58,901 nucleotides of DNA, from positions 1-58,901 of the forward strand of contig JBJMQW010000497.1 in the NCBI GenBank assembly GCA_045802495.1, in the 5' to 3' direction. This document shows positions 1 to 9,203 of the stretch, piece by piece (position 1 is the first letter of the stretch; each line of letters opens with the position of its first letter). The position numbers were made by a program, and so were the translations under genes. This stretch comes from Stellaceae bacterium. GTDB taxonomy: Bacteria > Pseudomonadota > Alphaproteobacteria > ATCC43930 > CGMCC-115725. Below the pieces are notes generated by a model. It was not told where the DNA came from and made no database searches. It worked only from the letters and a program-made list of their open reading frames with translations.

Positions 1-1051
1 CATTGGCCCGCTCGAGCAGCAGCTTCGAAAAGGCGAGGCTGCCGATTGACTTGAAGGCCGGCGGAACGGGCGCCCAGGCGAACATTGTAGCCTCGGGCGC
101 CGGCAGCTCCCAACCGGCTTGCCGCAAGCCGTCGATCAAAACATCGCGACGGGCGCGATACCGTTCGCGGGTTTCGCCGACGCAGTCTTGCGGGCCATTG
201 AGGGCCGCGGTCGCCGCCACCTGAATTGGCGTAAATGCACCGTAGTCGAGGTAAGATTTGACCCGGGCAAGCGCCGCGATCAGTCGCGCATTGCCTGCCG
301 CGAAGCCGATGCGCCACCCAGCCATCGAATAGGTCTTGCTGAGCGAGGAAAACTCCACCGCGATATCGCGCGCGCCGGGCACCTCGAGGATGGAGGGCGG
401 GGGCTTGCCATCGAAGTAGATCTCTGCATAGGCGATGTCGGACAGCACGATGATATCGTGGCGCCGGCAGAACGACACGATTTCAGCGTAAAAATCGAGG
501 TCGACGGTCTGTGCGGTCGGGTTGGCCGGAAAATTGAGGACGATCGCAAGCGGTGCCGGTACACAGTGCCGGACTGCCTTCCTCAATTCGCCGAAGAAAT
601 CAACCTCGGGTCCGACCGGCACGTGTCGCACCGAGGCCCCTGCCATGATGAATCCGAACGCATGGATGGGGTAGCAAGGATTTGGCACCATGACGATGTC
701 GCCCGGCGCGGTGATGGCCTGGGCGAGGTTGGCAAGACCTTCCTTCGAGCCGAGGGTGACGATAATCTCGCGCTCAGGGTCGAGGTCGACCCCGAATCGG
801 CGAGCGTAATAGCCGGCACAGGCTCGTCTCAATCCGGGGATGCCGCGGGATACCGAATACCCGTGCGCCTTCGGGTTCTGCACGGTCTCTATAAGCTTGG
901 CGACGATGTGCGGCGGCGTCGAACCGTCGGGATTGCCCATCCCGAGATCGATGACATCGTGTCCGGCAGCGCGCGCGCTGGCCTTCAGCGAATTGACCTC
1001 GTTGAAGACGTATGGGGGAAGGCGTTTGATCCGGTAAAAGTCCTCGGGCAT
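1..1051 (-). CDS. PLP-dependent aminotransferase, class I/II (AlaA/AspC-like); 3' end cut by window edge
   Basis: Own reverse translation from ATG 1051..1049 gives MPEDFYRIKRLPPYVFNEVNSLKASARAAGHDVIDLGMGNPDG... PLP-lysine motif SSLSKTYSMAGWRIGF lies near 300-360. The ORF is absent from the track because it runs off the edge. The listed + ORF 119..1066 is its antisense shadow. Confidence 0.85.
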   Translation of the reverse strand, partial: MPEDFYRIKRLPPYVFNEVNSLKASARAAGHDVIDLGMGNPDGSTPPHIVAKLIETVQNPKAHGYSVSRGIPGLRRACAGYYARRFGVDLDPEREIIVTLGSKEGLANLAQAITAPGDIVMVPNPCYPIHAFGFIMAGASVRHVPVGPEVDFFGELRKAVRHCVPAPLAIVLNFPANPTAQTVDLDFYAEIVSFCRRHDIIVLSDIAYAEIYFDGKPPPSILEVPGARDIAVEFSSLSKTYSMAGWRIGFAAGNARLIAALARVKSYLDYGAFTPIQVAATAALNGPQDCVGETRERYRARRDVLIDGLRQAGWELPAPEATMFAWAPVPPAFKSIGSLAFSKLLLERAN

Positions 1052-1502
1052 CGGGGCTCGGAATAAGGTGTATGACCCTCTTTTAGTTGGGAGCACTCTG
1101 TTTTGCGAGCCCAATTCGGGGCAGACCATTGAGTTGTGCGGGGCAAGCTCAGCAAATTCACCGTGCGCACACGACCATTCACCGCCCGCTTGGCCGGCGG
1201 TCAAGAGGGGTGGACCAGGTTTTGCCTTGAGACGTCGTTCTTAAGGGGGTGCAAGTGTGAGGCCTGTCGCACCTGTATCGACAAATCGCGATTTTGAAGT
1301 CTGCTGCGATGGAACTTGCGGCTGCGGAACATCACACGGCCGCGGCATAGTATCGTGCCTCGATGAGACTGGGCACTGCGCCTGACGATAACCAGAATTT
1401 GGGCCGCTAGACGGACCGGCACCCACGAGGGGCGCCACCAGTGGCGGTAGCGCCCCGTCGTCCGAAACCAGCGCTTCTACATCCCTTGAGCGAGGCGCGT
1501 CG

Positions 1503-2009
1503 TTAGCGGCCGTACCTGTCAGACGTTGTCCTGCCCCCTGCAGGCATCCGGCCAGTACTCGTCCCGGGTGCGCCTCCCACTGGGGGCGGCGAGCCCATGC
1601 CGGGAGCCGGAGGTGCGGAAGGGGGTGTAAAATTGCCTGCTTGCAGCCGAGCCAACTCTGCCTGGTTCAACTCGTTCGCAACGTTGTTGCCCTGCGGATT
1701 GGGGAAACGGCCGGCATGATGCGCCTTCTTCGAGCTGGCGCGCGCATGACGGTGCCTTGGCGGCGTCGCAGAGGTGGTATCCGACATTGCGGGCGGCGGC
1801 ATCGTGGCGGCAGGAGCAGGCGCCGTCGGCGCAGGGGCGGCCGATGGGCGAGCCGGGCCGGTGGTATACGGCGTCAATCCCGGGCCTCCGGGGTTGGGAC
1901 CCGGCATGCCCATTGGATTTCCTCCTGATGGACTGGCAGGTTGCGCCCCAACGGGTGCGCAGAACGCAAGCGCAGCGATCACCGCCACGCCGGTCAAGAG
2001 ATGTTTCAT
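1503..2009 (-). CDS. Secreted Pro/Ala/Gly-rich hypothetical protein
   Basis: Lies inside ORF 1503..2075. Start moved to ATG 2009, 5 nt after GGAGGAGGA (rc of 2015-2023). Signal peptide MKHLLTGVAVIAALAFCAPVGAQP is followed by low-complexity sequence. Confidence 0.6.
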   Translation of the reverse strand: MKHLLTGVAVIAALAFCAPVGAQPASPSGGNPMGMPGPNPGGPGLTPYTTGPARPSAAPAPTAPAPAATMPPPAMSDTTSATPPRHRHARASSKKAHHAGRFPNPQGNNVANELNQAELARLQAGNFTPPSAPPAPGMGSPPPVGGAPGTSTGRMPAGGRTTSDRYGR

Positions 2010-2539
2010 GTTGATCCTCCTCCGTGGAAATTGAAACGCCGTTTCAACGCCTGGGCGGCGATCATCATCCTCCAAAACGCCCCCTAACCGACCGACCTCC
2101 TGGCGCGAGACAGGGTGACAAAGTCATCTCTCAGAACCTCGAGGCATTTTCCTTTTTTGTGTTACCGCGATCGGCATCGCCAGCCGATCTTGCCCCGCAA
2201 TTAGCGTAAACAAACATATTTATCGTGTACGATATAGCGCTGAAAACAGGTTTTCAAGCGCCATAGTTGTGCCTCGCTGACCAGTGGCATCAACCTTGGG
2301 TTCAAAAGACCGTTGCGCATGGAGGCGTCGGAGCAGTCCGCCTTTCCTGTGTGGGTGACCTGCGCCGACGCCTGACCCCTACCGCTATCACCGCTCGGCT
2401 GGTTCAATACGATGTCCCCATCAGCCGAGCTGGCTTCAGCCGCTATTGCAGTATTCGGATGAAAACAAATCCTGCGGATATGCGGCTTTGCGCATCCGGA
2501 AGTCTGTCTTGCCTCCTTCTTTGGCAGAGACCGCGGGCT

Positions 2540-5035
2540 TTAGTAGAGCCCGCCGGTTCCACTTGCCGGGCCGCCTCCACCCCTTTCCCGCGCCAGTGAG
2601 CGCTCTTCCGCGTTTGACCAGATCGGGGTTTCAGTCGACGCACGCCGAAGGCCCAGGTTTCGATTGGTGCCCGGCTCGGTTCCCGGCTTGTAGGCTTCGT
2701 AGATGGCCGAGCCCCCCGACGCCAGCAAGCCGCTGCCTGGGTTGACGCGATAAAGCTTCATTCCGGGAGGCGTGCGGAAGGCGGTGGCCGGGGCGTCCGT
2801 CAGTGCCGCGGTCATAAAGTCACGGAAGACTGGTGCTGCGATATGTCCGCCGGTCTCGTCGTCGCCGAGGCTGTCCGGATCATCGTAGCCGACAAACACC
2901 CCGGCCGTGAGATCGGGGGTGCCTCCGACAAACCACGCGTCGCGGAAATCGTTGGTCGTTCCGGTCTTGCCCGCAATCGGCTTGCCGACAGCCCGCACGG
3001 CGGTTCCGGTGCCGCGCTCCACGACGCCTTGCATCATCGAAACAATCTGGAAGGCGGAACCGGGATCGGCTACTTGCTGGCGGGTGTCGGGGATGATCGG
3101 AACCCGCTGATGCTGCCAAACGACATCGGTACAGTCGTCGCAGGAGCGCCGGTCCGCGCGGAATATCGTCACCCCGTCGCGATCCTGGATGCGATCGATC
3201 AAGGTGGGGCTGATGCGCTTGCCGCCGTTCACCAGCATGGCGTAGGCCGCGGTCAGACGCAACGGGGTCGTCTCGCCGGTGCCGAGGGCCATCGAATATT
3301 CGCGCGGCGTGTGATCCATGATGCCGAAGCGCTCGATTGTTTGGGCGATCGGCTCCATTCCGATGATCGAGGCGATACGCGCCGTCATCGCATTCAGCGA
3401 CTGCTCCAGCCCGACACGCAGGGGTGTTGGTCCGCGGTATTTCGGCCCGTGATACCGGTTAGCGTAATTGGCCGGCGACCACATCGGCAATCCCGGGCCT
3501 TGCGGCAGCGAGATCGGGCCGTCGAGCACCAGCGTCGACGGAGTGAAACCGTGATCGAGCGCCGTCAGATAGACGAACGGTTTGATCGACGAACCGGGTT
3601 GCCGCTTGGCCTGCGTCACACGGTCGAACTGACTGGTTTCGAAACTGAAGCCGCCGCTGGCCGCGAGGATGCGGCCGGTATGCGGATCCATTGCGACCAA
3701 AGCGCCTGATATTTCCGGGACTTGGCACAGAGCGTAGGCGGCAGTCGTCTTGGCATTGACTGCCTCTGCTTTAGCGGCTGGGTTTGTTGGTTCCACCATC
3801 ACGACATCGCCCGGCTTCACGACGTCAGCCGCGGTACGCGGATAGGGTCCGAGATTGCCGTCTGCGCGGCGCGGCCGCGCCCAGCGCATTTCTGAAAAAG
3901 CGATGCGGCCGGTCTTCCCGTCCTGCAAGCCGATTGCCGCGCCATCGCTGTCGCTGCGTGTCACGACCGCGAGGAGCCAACCCACATCTCGCGCAACCGC
4001 AGGTACCGGCACCTTCGCGAGCCGCGCTTCCCAGTCCTCTTTCGGGTCGATGCGGCCCACCGGTCCGCGCCACCCGCCATGACCGCGTTCGTAGCGGATG
4101 AGCCCGGCGCGCAATGCCTTGTCGGCTGCTGCTTGCAGGCGTGCGTCGAGGCTGGTGCGCACCGACAGCCCCGACCCGTAAAGGACCTTCTCCCCATAGC
4201 GGGCGAGGAGTTCGCGCCTGACCTCCTCGGCGAAATAGGGGGCCCTGACCTCCTCGGTCTCCTGCCGACGTTTCAGCTCGAGCGGGAGCGCCTCAGCCAG
4301 CCTCACTTCCTCGCGGGTCGCCAACCCGTCCTCGACCATGCGGTCGAGGACCCAATCACGGCGAGCCTTTGCGGTTTGCGGATGGCGCGTCGGGTTATAG
4401 CGGTTTGGCGCTTTGGGCAGACCCGCGAGGAAGGCCGCCTCGCCGATTGTCAACTCGTCGAGCGACTTGTTGAAATAGGTCAGGGCAGCGGCGGTGACGC
4501 CATAGGCTCCGGCGCCTAGATAAATCTCGTTCAAGTATAGTTCGAGTATGCGGTCCTTGGGCAGAGCCACTTCGATGCGGCTTGCCAGCAGCATTTCTTT
4601 GAGCTTGCGCTTGACCGAGATTTCGTTCGTCAGCAGCATATTTTTGGCAACTTGCTGCGTGATCGTCGAGGCCCCCACTGGCCGCCTGCTGGCGTGCAAC
4701 CTGCCGACATTGGTGAGCGCTGCCCGCACCATCGACGCCAGATCGATCCCGTGGTGACCGAAAAAGTTTTTGTCTTCGGCGGAGAGGAAGGCGTTGACCA
4801 CCCGCTGAGGTATGGCCTCGATCGGCACAAAAACGCGCCGCTCGGTAGCGTATTCAGCCAGCAGCCGACCATCCCCCGCATGAACGCGGGTCATGGTCGC
4901 GGGCTGATAATGCGCGAGCTGCTGATAGTCAGGCAGCTCGCGGTCAAAATGCTCGATCGCTATGCCGAGCAGTACGCACGCCGCGACGGCGAGCAGTATC
5001 GCGCAGACAAACAGGAATCTGCAGAAGGTAACCAT
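2540..5035 (-). CDS. mrcA: Penicillin-binding protein 1A (bifunctional GT51 transglycosylase / transpeptidase)
   Basis: 831-aa ORF with an N-terminal TM segment. GT51 motifs are FLSAEDKNFFGHHGIDL and RKLKE. Transpeptidase motifs are SSIK (SxxK), SLN (SxN) and KTGTTND (KTG). Confidence 0.95.
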   Translation of the reverse strand: MVTFCRFLFVCAILLAVAACVLLGIAIEHFDRELPDYQQLAHYQPATMTRVHAGDGRLLAEYATERRVFVPIEAIPQRVVNAFLSAEDKNFFGHHGIDLASMVRAALTNVGRLHASRRPVGASTITQQVAKNMLLTNEISVKRKLKEMLLASRIEVALPKDRILELYLNEIYLGAGAYGVTAAALTYFNKSLDELTIGEAAFLAGLPKAPNRYNPTRHPQTAKARRDWVLDRMVEDGLATREEVRLAEALPLELKRRQETEEVRAPYFAEEVRRELLARYGEKVLYGSGLSVRTSLDARLQAAADKALRAGLIRYERGHGGWRGPVGRIDPKEDWEARLAKVPVPAVARDVGWLLAVVTRSDSDGAAIGLQDGKTGRIAFSEMRWARPRRADGNLGPYPRTAADVVKPGDVVMVEPTNPAAKAEAVNAKTTAAYALCQVPEISGALVAMDPHTGRILAASGGFSFETSQFDRVTQAKRQPGSSIKPFVYLTALDHGFTPSTLVLDGPISLPQGPGLPMWSPANYANRYHGPKYRGPTPLRVGLEQSLNAMTARIASIIGMEPIAQTIERFGIMDHTPREYSMALGTGETTPLRLTAAYAMLVNGGKRISPTLIDRIQDRDGVTIFRADRRSCDDCTDVVWQHQRVPIIPDTRQQVADPGSAFQIVSMMQGVVERGTGTAVRAVGKPIAGKTGTTNDFRDAWFVGGTPDLTAGVFVGYDDPDSLGDDETGGHIAAPVFRDFMTAALTDAPATAFRTPPGMKLYRVNPGSGLLASGGSAIYEAYKPGTEPGTNRNLGLRRASTETPIWSNAEERSLARERGGGGPASGTGGLY

Positions 5036-5089
5036 TATAGACGCGGCGGGGAGCCGCGCTGCCTTCGCAGATTACCCGTGCATGATCGC

Positions 5090-5857
5090 TTAACGTGCCC
5101 TCAGCGCTGCCAACCGGTCGCTCAAACTCTGCGGCGCGGGCGGCTTGCCGGCCGCCGCGTTCATTGCCGCGGCAATGTTGGGATCGTCCTGCTCTGGCCT
5201 GGTCGGTCGCAGCAGCCGTGCCTTGCTCATCTGGGCGTCGGCCGAAGCTAAATCCTTGGCCGCTGCTTCCTGCATCGCCTTGAGGGCAACGGTCAGGCTG
5301 CTCGTCTGACTGGCGAGCCCGGCTGTCCGACGGGCTGCTTCGGCTTGGCGATCGGCCTGCTCGCGCTGCTGTGCCGCACGCGCCATGTCGCGCTGCGCCC
5401 GCTCGAGATCGGAGCGCGCCGTCTTGAGCTTGCCGCCCGCCTCGGCATAAGTCTGCTCCAGCATCGCAAGGTAGTCCCTAGCGTCGACCTCGTCCCTCTT
5501 TTCGCGGTCGACTTCAGGAGCCATCTGCTCGAGCATTCCGACCAGCGTTGCGAGGCTCTTTTCCAATGCTGCCTTGCGCGTGGGATCGGTCTCGGCATTC
5601 ATTTGACCTTGCAGCTGCTCCGCGGCTGCCATCCGCTGGTGCGACAAGGCTTGGATCGTGTCGGACTCCCGCTTCTCCTTATTGTAACTTTGCCGCGCCA
5701 ATGCAACTTCGCGGCCAAGCTCGTCGAGATGCTGCTCCATCGTGCGCAACTCCGCCTCGCTGGCGGATTTGGGGTCCCAACGCACCAGTGCCTCGACCGC
5801 AGCATCCGCAACTCTATCCATTTTCACGCCCGCCAGATTCTTCATGAATGCCAACAT
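5090..5857 (-). CDS. PspA/IM30-like (YjfJ-like) coiled-coil protein
   Basis: 255 aa, almost entirely Ala/Glu/Arg/Gln-rich predicted coiled coil. GGAGGAG SD sits upstream of ATG 5857. The gene lies immediately downstream of DUF350 and DUF2491 genes, as in the E. coli yjfIJKLMC neighbourhood. The family call is from architecture and context, not a strict motif. Confidence 0.55.
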   Translation of the reverse strand: MLAFMKNLAGVKMDRVADAAVEALVRWDPKSASEAELRTMEQHLDELGREVALARQSYNKEKRESDTIQALSHQRMAAAEQLQGQMNAETDPTRKAALEKSLATLVGMLEQMAPEVDREKRDEVDARDYLAMLEQTYAEAGGKLKTARSDLERAQRDMARAAQQREQADRQAEAARRTAGLASQTSSLTVALKAMQEAAAKDLASADAQMSKARLLRPTRPEQDDPNIAAAMNAAAGKPPAPQSLSDRLAALRAR

Positions 5858-5881
5858 GTCGCTCTCTCCTCCTCTGCTAAA

Positions 5882-6322
5882 TCATTGAGGCACCATCGCC
5901 GCCGCATTTAGTAGCGCGACGGCGATTTGTGCGCCAGCCAAAGTAATCGCCGCGGCGACATTGCCGGCCTCGATCATCCCGCGGAAGTTTCGCATCGTGT
6001 GCGATACGATCAAAAGCGTGAGAAGCTGCAACACCAATGCCACGATACCCCAGACGAGAATGTCAATCAGCGTGACGCTGGTCGCCAGCATCGCGGCCAA
6101 TGGGATCGCCAGCGCCAGGATGGCGCCCGCCAGCATGGTGCCGGCCGCAGTATTTCCACTCGCCACCATTTCGCGCTCTCGGAACGGCGTCAGTCTTATG
6201 TAAATCGTGACGCCGATCGCCAGCAGGACCACGCAGGCAATGACCTGTACGACCAACAGCGGAAGTCCATGGCCGACGGCGTCGACAATGGCGGCGAAAG
6301 ATCCGGGCTCTGCAGGATTCAT
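5882..6322 (-). CDS. DUF350 (YjfL-like) small integral membrane protein
   Basis: 146 aa with about four hydrophobic helices (LLVVQVIACVVLLAIGVTIYI, AGAILALAIPLAAMLA, VWGIVALVLQLLTLLIV, AAAITLAGAQIAVALL). Size and pattern are typical of DUF350. Confidence 0.7.
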   Translation of the reverse strand: MNPAEPGSFAAIVDAVGHGLPLLVVQVIACVVLLAIGVTIYIRLTPFREREMVASGNTAAGTMLAGAILALAIPLAAMLATSVTLIDILVWGIVALVLQLLTLLIVSHTMRNFRGMIEAGNVAAAITLAGAQIAVALLNAAAMVPQ

Positions 6323-6338
6323 GGTTTTCTTTCTTCGT

Positions 6339-7868
6339 TCAGCTGTCGAGCGGCACCGCTGGAAGGGTCAGCGACGCCGGATTGATGTCGATGCCGGCAT
6401 ATACCTCAATCCATGCCTCGCCACCCTGCTCGACGGCGCAGACAAGCACATATTCGACATCCGGCGCCGGCGACGCTGCGCCGGTCCGGGCGCCGTACAG
6501 CATCGCTTGAATCTTTCGTTGGATTGTGCCGCTCGCATCCTGCAGCGTCTCAACCTGCTGGCGCGGCGGCACACGGCCGCTTCCCGATGCCCAGACCCGG
6601 TCGTACAGCTTGCCGTCTTTGGTCTGGAACTGCGGCCAGCCGATCATTCCCTGAGCCGGGTCAAGCCAAAATCCCCATTCATCTCGGGTCGCCGGGGTGA
6701 TCTGATCGAGCAGCGAGAAATACCGGCACTCGTCGGGCGTGCCGGCCGCCCCGAGATGCAACATGAAGAAGGCTTCTCGCGCCGGCAGATAAAGCCGGTG
6801 CAGCGAGACTGCGCCATCGGTGATCAGACCCACCGCTTCGACGCTGATCATCCCGCCTGCCTCGGGCGCTTTTACCTTGGTCGCGCCGGCGGCGAGGAGG
6901 AAGGGCGAAGGGTCGGCCGGAAACGTCATGCCGACACGGAAGCGGCTCGCCGCGCTGCCCGATAGTCCCCGCGGTGCCGGCCCGCCTGATAGGCCGCCCC
7001 CCATGGCTGTGGCGCCGGAGCCGGCGAGCCCGGCCGTGCGACGGCGGAGCAGCCATAGCCCGATCAAGACGGCGCCGCCAAAAAAGACGACGACCAATAG
7101 CATCCCCGTCCCGCCGGAGCCGGATGGCGTTGCCCGTCCTGTGTCAGCCTTGCTCTGGGCCATCAAATTGTCGAGATCGGCCAGCTTCTGCGCCACCGCA
7201 GGATCGCTCTGCGCCTTGCGGTCCGCCTCGGCGCGCCACTGCGCATAGCGGGGGTCGTCGCGATTGTCCTGGAAATAGGTCACGCTTTGCGGACGCGATA
7301 GCGAGTTCAGCAGAGACCATGCCAGCACCGCGTCCCACGCGCCAAAGCGAGACGATCCGGCATAGCCTGGCGCATAAGCACCGCCGCCCCACCCCGCCGG
7401 CGGCGAACGCCGTGGCAATGTGGCCGTGCCCCAGGAGTTCTCGTTCCAACCGGTCGACGGACGGCGGGTTGTCGCCCACGGGTCCGGCACAGGGCGCGCC
7501 TGCGACGCCCGATAGTCCCGCAATGCTTGGCTCGAGAGCTGCCGTGAGATGGCGCGATCACCACCGCGCGAATAGTCCAGACCAAAACCGCTGCGCGGAG
7601 CCCCCGACAGCCCGCCATAGCCTCCGCTGCCGACCGAGGGACGGCGCGCGGACCCGCCATAGCCTCCGAATGAGCCTCCCCCGCCAGGCCGCGTGTAGCC
7701 TCCGCTGCTTTGTGCGATCGCCGGCGAGGAAATCGCCAGCATTTCTCCGAGCAGCGGCAGCCCGGGCTGCACCGAGCTGCAAGCCAACCGTCCCGCCTCC
7801 AGTGTGAGGCAGACCAGAACAAGGCGAAGCACGCGTTTCAGCTTTGGCGGTCGCACAAGCGGTTCCAT
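6339..7868 (-). CDS. Membrane protein: Gly/Ser/Tyr-rich N-terminal region, one TM segment, C-terminal DUF2491 (YjfK-like) domain
   Basis: 509-aa ORF. Low-complexity stretch SSGGYTRPGGGGSFGGYGGS..., TM segment MLLVVVFFGGAVLIGLWLL, and a C-terminal ~230 aa (FRVGMTF...VSLHRLYL...ECRYFSLLD...WGFWLDP...) that resembles YjfK/DUF2491 from memory. Confidence 0.6.
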   Translation of the reverse strand: MEPLVRPPKLKRVLRLVLVCLTLEAGRLACSSVQPGLPLLGEMLAISSPAIAQSSGGYTRPGGGGSFGGYGGSARRPSVGSGGYGGLSGAPRSGFGLDYSRGGDRAISRQLSSQALRDYRASQARPVPDPWATTRRPSTGWNENSWGTATLPRRSPPAGWGGGAYAPGYAGSSRFGAWDAVLAWSLLNSLSRPQSVTYFQDNRDDPRYAQWRAEADRKAQSDPAVAQKLADLDNLMAQSKADTGRATPSGSGGTGMLLVVVFFGGAVLIGLWLLRRRTAGLAGSGATAMGGGLSGGPAPRGLSGSAASRFRVGMTFPADPSPFLLAAGATKVKAPEAGGMISVEAVGLITDGAVSLHRLYLPAREAFFMLHLGAAGTPDECRYFSLLDQITPATRDEWGFWLDPAQGMIGWPQFQTKDGKLYDRVWASGSGRVPPRQQVETLQDASGTIQRKIQAMLYGARTGAASPAPDVEYVLVCAVEQGGEAWIEVYAGIDINPASLTLPAVPLDS

Positions 7869-8423
7869 CCTGTTTTGCTCCGGAGGACGGCGGTCCTTGC
7901 AGCGTGGAATCCGACTCCGATCGGCATAGCCCGCGAAAGCCGGTGCCGGCTCAGCGTTCGGCCCTCCACCAAGAACGGAGCCACCCGAACTCGTCGATTA
8001 ATTCGCCCGTCAGATTGCGGAGACGACCGGGACCATGCTTCTCTCGTAGCGTGCGCGGCGGCTCGCTCGCGAGGGCCGGTTCGTCTCCTTCCGAGGCGGC
8101 GCGACGCCCGCCTTGCCCGACAGCGTGGGCACGTTCGATCGGCGCGAGGCCATAGCGGGTGAGACGATCGAGCTCTCGGGGGTCCTTCTGACGAGCGGCA
8201 TTCCGCAAGACCTCTACAGCAGCGCTGCCGGTTCTTCCTCGCGTGCCTGCTCGGGTTCGGGCATGATGGTCGCCCGCGTGATTGCAGCGTCGTCCATAAG
8301 AGGCTGCGGCGGGTCGTGATTGGAACGGCTTGCGGTTCCGTTGCGCGACCCTTACGAAATTGTTGACTGCCCGGGTCGCTCTCCGCACCGTCGCAGCAAG
8401 GGCGCCCCAGGAGAACATTTGCG

Positions 8424-8573
8424 CTAGCGCATGAGTTGGCGGAGGTGTTTCGCGGCGACCGCCAACAGGCTGGCGATGATCGCGATGACAAGCAACAACT
8501 TAACAGCGTGAAGCAGCCATGAGAGCACCGCGAACAGGATCCAGATGATGACGAGCGCGATAACGATCTGCAT
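8424..8573 (-). CDS. Small hydrophobic protein (49 aa), hypothetical
   Basis: Own translation gives MQIVIALVIIWILFAVLSWLLHAVKLLLVIAIIASLLAVAAKHLRQLMR*, which reads as two TM helices. It is below the ORF-track size cutoff. Confidence 0.4.
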   Translation of the reverse strand: MQIVIALVIIWILFAVLSWLLHAVKLLLVIAIIASLLAVAAKHLRQLMR

Positions 8574-8686
8574 CGCGCGATGCTACCATGTTCGGCTAAT
8601 TCAGCCGGAAAAATCAATGATGCGAGACCCCGTCTGCGGACAGTGAGGTCGCCGATCGAAATGGCCCATCATCGTCAGCAGATCCG

Positions 8687-8953
8687 TCAGCAGAGAGAGC
8701 TCACGCCAGCGCGGCTCGATATCGGCCTGCCACCCCGCGCCAAGTCCGCGCTGATATTTTCGTAGGTGTCGCGACCTTGCAGGACCTGGATAAATCTGAC
8801 CGGCCCTTCCACGGTTCTCTCCAGCGTCACACCACTCGGGCGAAACGAGAAATTGTCACGCTGTAGCGGACAGTTCTCTAGCGGGGCCACTATCTTCCGG
8901 GTAGTGACCGCGAGCGGGGCGGAGATCGGCCGCCGGCATGCATCTACCTCCAC
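8687..8953 (-). CDS. Hypothetical protein (88 aa), no recognisable family
   Basis: ORF-track entry. A strong GGAGG lies 3-4 nt upstream of the ATG (rc of 8957-8961). An unusually AT-rich ~150-bp region lies directly upstream (8954-9100). Confidence 0.4.
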   Translation of the reverse strand: MEVDACRRPISAPLAVTTRKIVAPLENCPLQRDNFSFRPSGVTLERTVEGPVRFIQVLQGRDTYENISADLARGGRPISSRAGVSSLC

Positions 8954-9203
8954 GCCAAGGCGAAAAACACCAGTTACGATAGAGTTTCGGTTACGGCTTC
9001 ATGGCAGTTCTCGGACTTATTGTAAATTATGTAATTATTCGGTTACGAAAAGTCACAATCCACGCCACCTCACCGATTATTGACAATCCGCCGGTAGCCG
9101 TCGGATCGAGCAAACGATATCCTGGCGTTGCCGGATCGAGCCCGCATCAGCGGCCTTGGATCAGCCTCGCCACACCGGTCGGCACCAGGATGAGCGGAAT
9201 ACC

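Noticed and set aside
119-1066. 315-aa plus-strand ORF at the left edge
   Set aside because: It is the antisense shadow of the aminotransferase gene, whose reverse-strand translation carries clear class I/II aminotransferase motifs, including the SxSK PLP-lysine motif.
1443-1454. GGCGGTAGCGCC, an ops-like string inside a hairpin-capable region (1429..1456)
   Set aside because: It lies on the plus strand between two minus-strand genes unrelated to long polysaccharide operons, and its last two consensus positions (TG) do not match. The region is more likely part of a terminator-like structure downstream of the Pro-rich protein gene.
7838-8617. 259-aa minus-strand ORF and overlapping plus-strand ORFs (7710..8162, 7844..8155)
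   Set aside because: The sequences are Arg/Ser/Cys-rich with no motifs. They overlap the start of the DUF2491 gene and the small membrane ORF in other frames. Only the sub-region discussed in the findings looks coding-like.
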